A stretch of 64,000 bases of DNA, taken from positions 1-64,000 of IMG/VR virus record IMGVR_UViG_3300031993_000026; one strand, written 5' to 3'. The position numbers were made by a program, and so were the translations under genes. Below the pieces are notes generated by a model that had not been told where the DNA came from, made no database searches, and saw only the letters and a program-made list of their open reading frames with translations. Positions within the stretch are counted from its first letter, which is position 1, and each line of letters opens with the position of its first letter. Below are positions 63,553-64,000 of the stretch, in pieces. Source of the stretch: an uncultured virus (IMG/VR IMGVR_UViG_3300031993_000026). Lineage: Duplodnaviria; Heunggongvirae; Uroviricota; Caudoviricetes.

Positions 63553-64000
63553 ATGTCTGAAAAGAAGGGCAACATATTGTTCGTGTGCTGCGCCGATGAT
63601 ACGGCTCGCGAGAACTATATTGCGGAGAACTGCTCCGATATGGTGGCAGTCCCGTTCACCGACGGTGACTATCACCTGTGCTCCAACATACTTGTTATGA
63701 ACCCAGAGTACAAGCGGACATTCAAGGATGTCCTCCGCAGTCCGAGCGATATGGTCGTAAGCACCCCGATTATAGATGTCAACATACTCGACGGGCTTTT
63801 CCTGAAGAGGGTTCTCAAAGGCTCTCACAGGTGCAGTGCGGTGGTCATATTCCCGCAGTCCGACATACCTTCGGATGTGCTGTCGAAGTACCGCCCGCCT
63901 TTCGTCGGGAACGAATTTGCGGAAATCAGGTATGTGTGCCAGCAGGCGGGCGACGGGTATGACTTCTGCAACGCCAAGTACGAGAGGGCTGTCGGACTTA
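63553..64000 (+). CDS. Hypothetical protein running off the window end
   Basis: ATG at 63553 after late promoter 63521; open frame MSEKKGNILFVCCADD... Confidence 0.6.
   Translation, partial: MSEKKGNILFVCCADDTARENYIAENCSDMVAVPFTDGDYHLCSNILVMNPEYKRTFKDVLRSPSDMVVSTPIIDVNILDGLFLKRVLKGSHRCSAVVIFPQSDIPSDVLSKYRPPFVGNEFAEIRYVCQQAGDGYDFCNAKYERAVGL

Noticed and set aside
1..64000. Stop-codon reassignment, as in some gut megaphages
   Set aside because: Conserved genes are full-length in the standard code, and TAG, TGA and TAA all end genes at expected positions
1..64000. tRNA or rRNA genes
   Set aside because: No cloverleaf or T-loop signatures recognised in the short intergenic regions; tRNAscan-SE would confirm

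Overview
This 64-kb window comes from a large T4-like (myovirus-type) jumbo phage. It uses the standard genetic code, and accessory gene families suggest a Bacteroidota host (inference). It encodes scattered structural genes: probable tail-sheath end, prohead protease-scaffold fusion, gp26/gp51-, gp6-, gp15-, gp19- and gp53-like proteins, and a tape measure. It also encodes a gp55-like late sigma factor with about 20 TATAAATA late promoters, plus DNA ligase, a clamp-like protein, GroES, ThyX, RecA/UvsX and gp46/gp47. Highlights: (1) recA/uvsX is fractured into two genes by a split intein, with a free-standing Vsr/EDxHD-like endonuclease between the halves whose start codon is locked in a hairpin carrying a late promoter in its loop. 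(2) Two intact TnpB elements carry a phage late promoter, one disrupting an ADP-ribosyltransferase-like gene, and an orphan omega-RNA abuts a truncated tnpA; the three RNA scaffolds show a covarying pseudoknot. (3) About 15 late proteins have capsid-targeting-like leaders and internal xNE/xDE sites, suggesting virion-packaged, protease-processed cargo, including an AAA-AAA-peptidase/vWA cassette, a RimK fusion and a VLR-like variable LRR protein. (4) A second conserved promoter-like motif precedes replication and accessory operons. All family assignments come from motif recognition by eye; no database searches were run.
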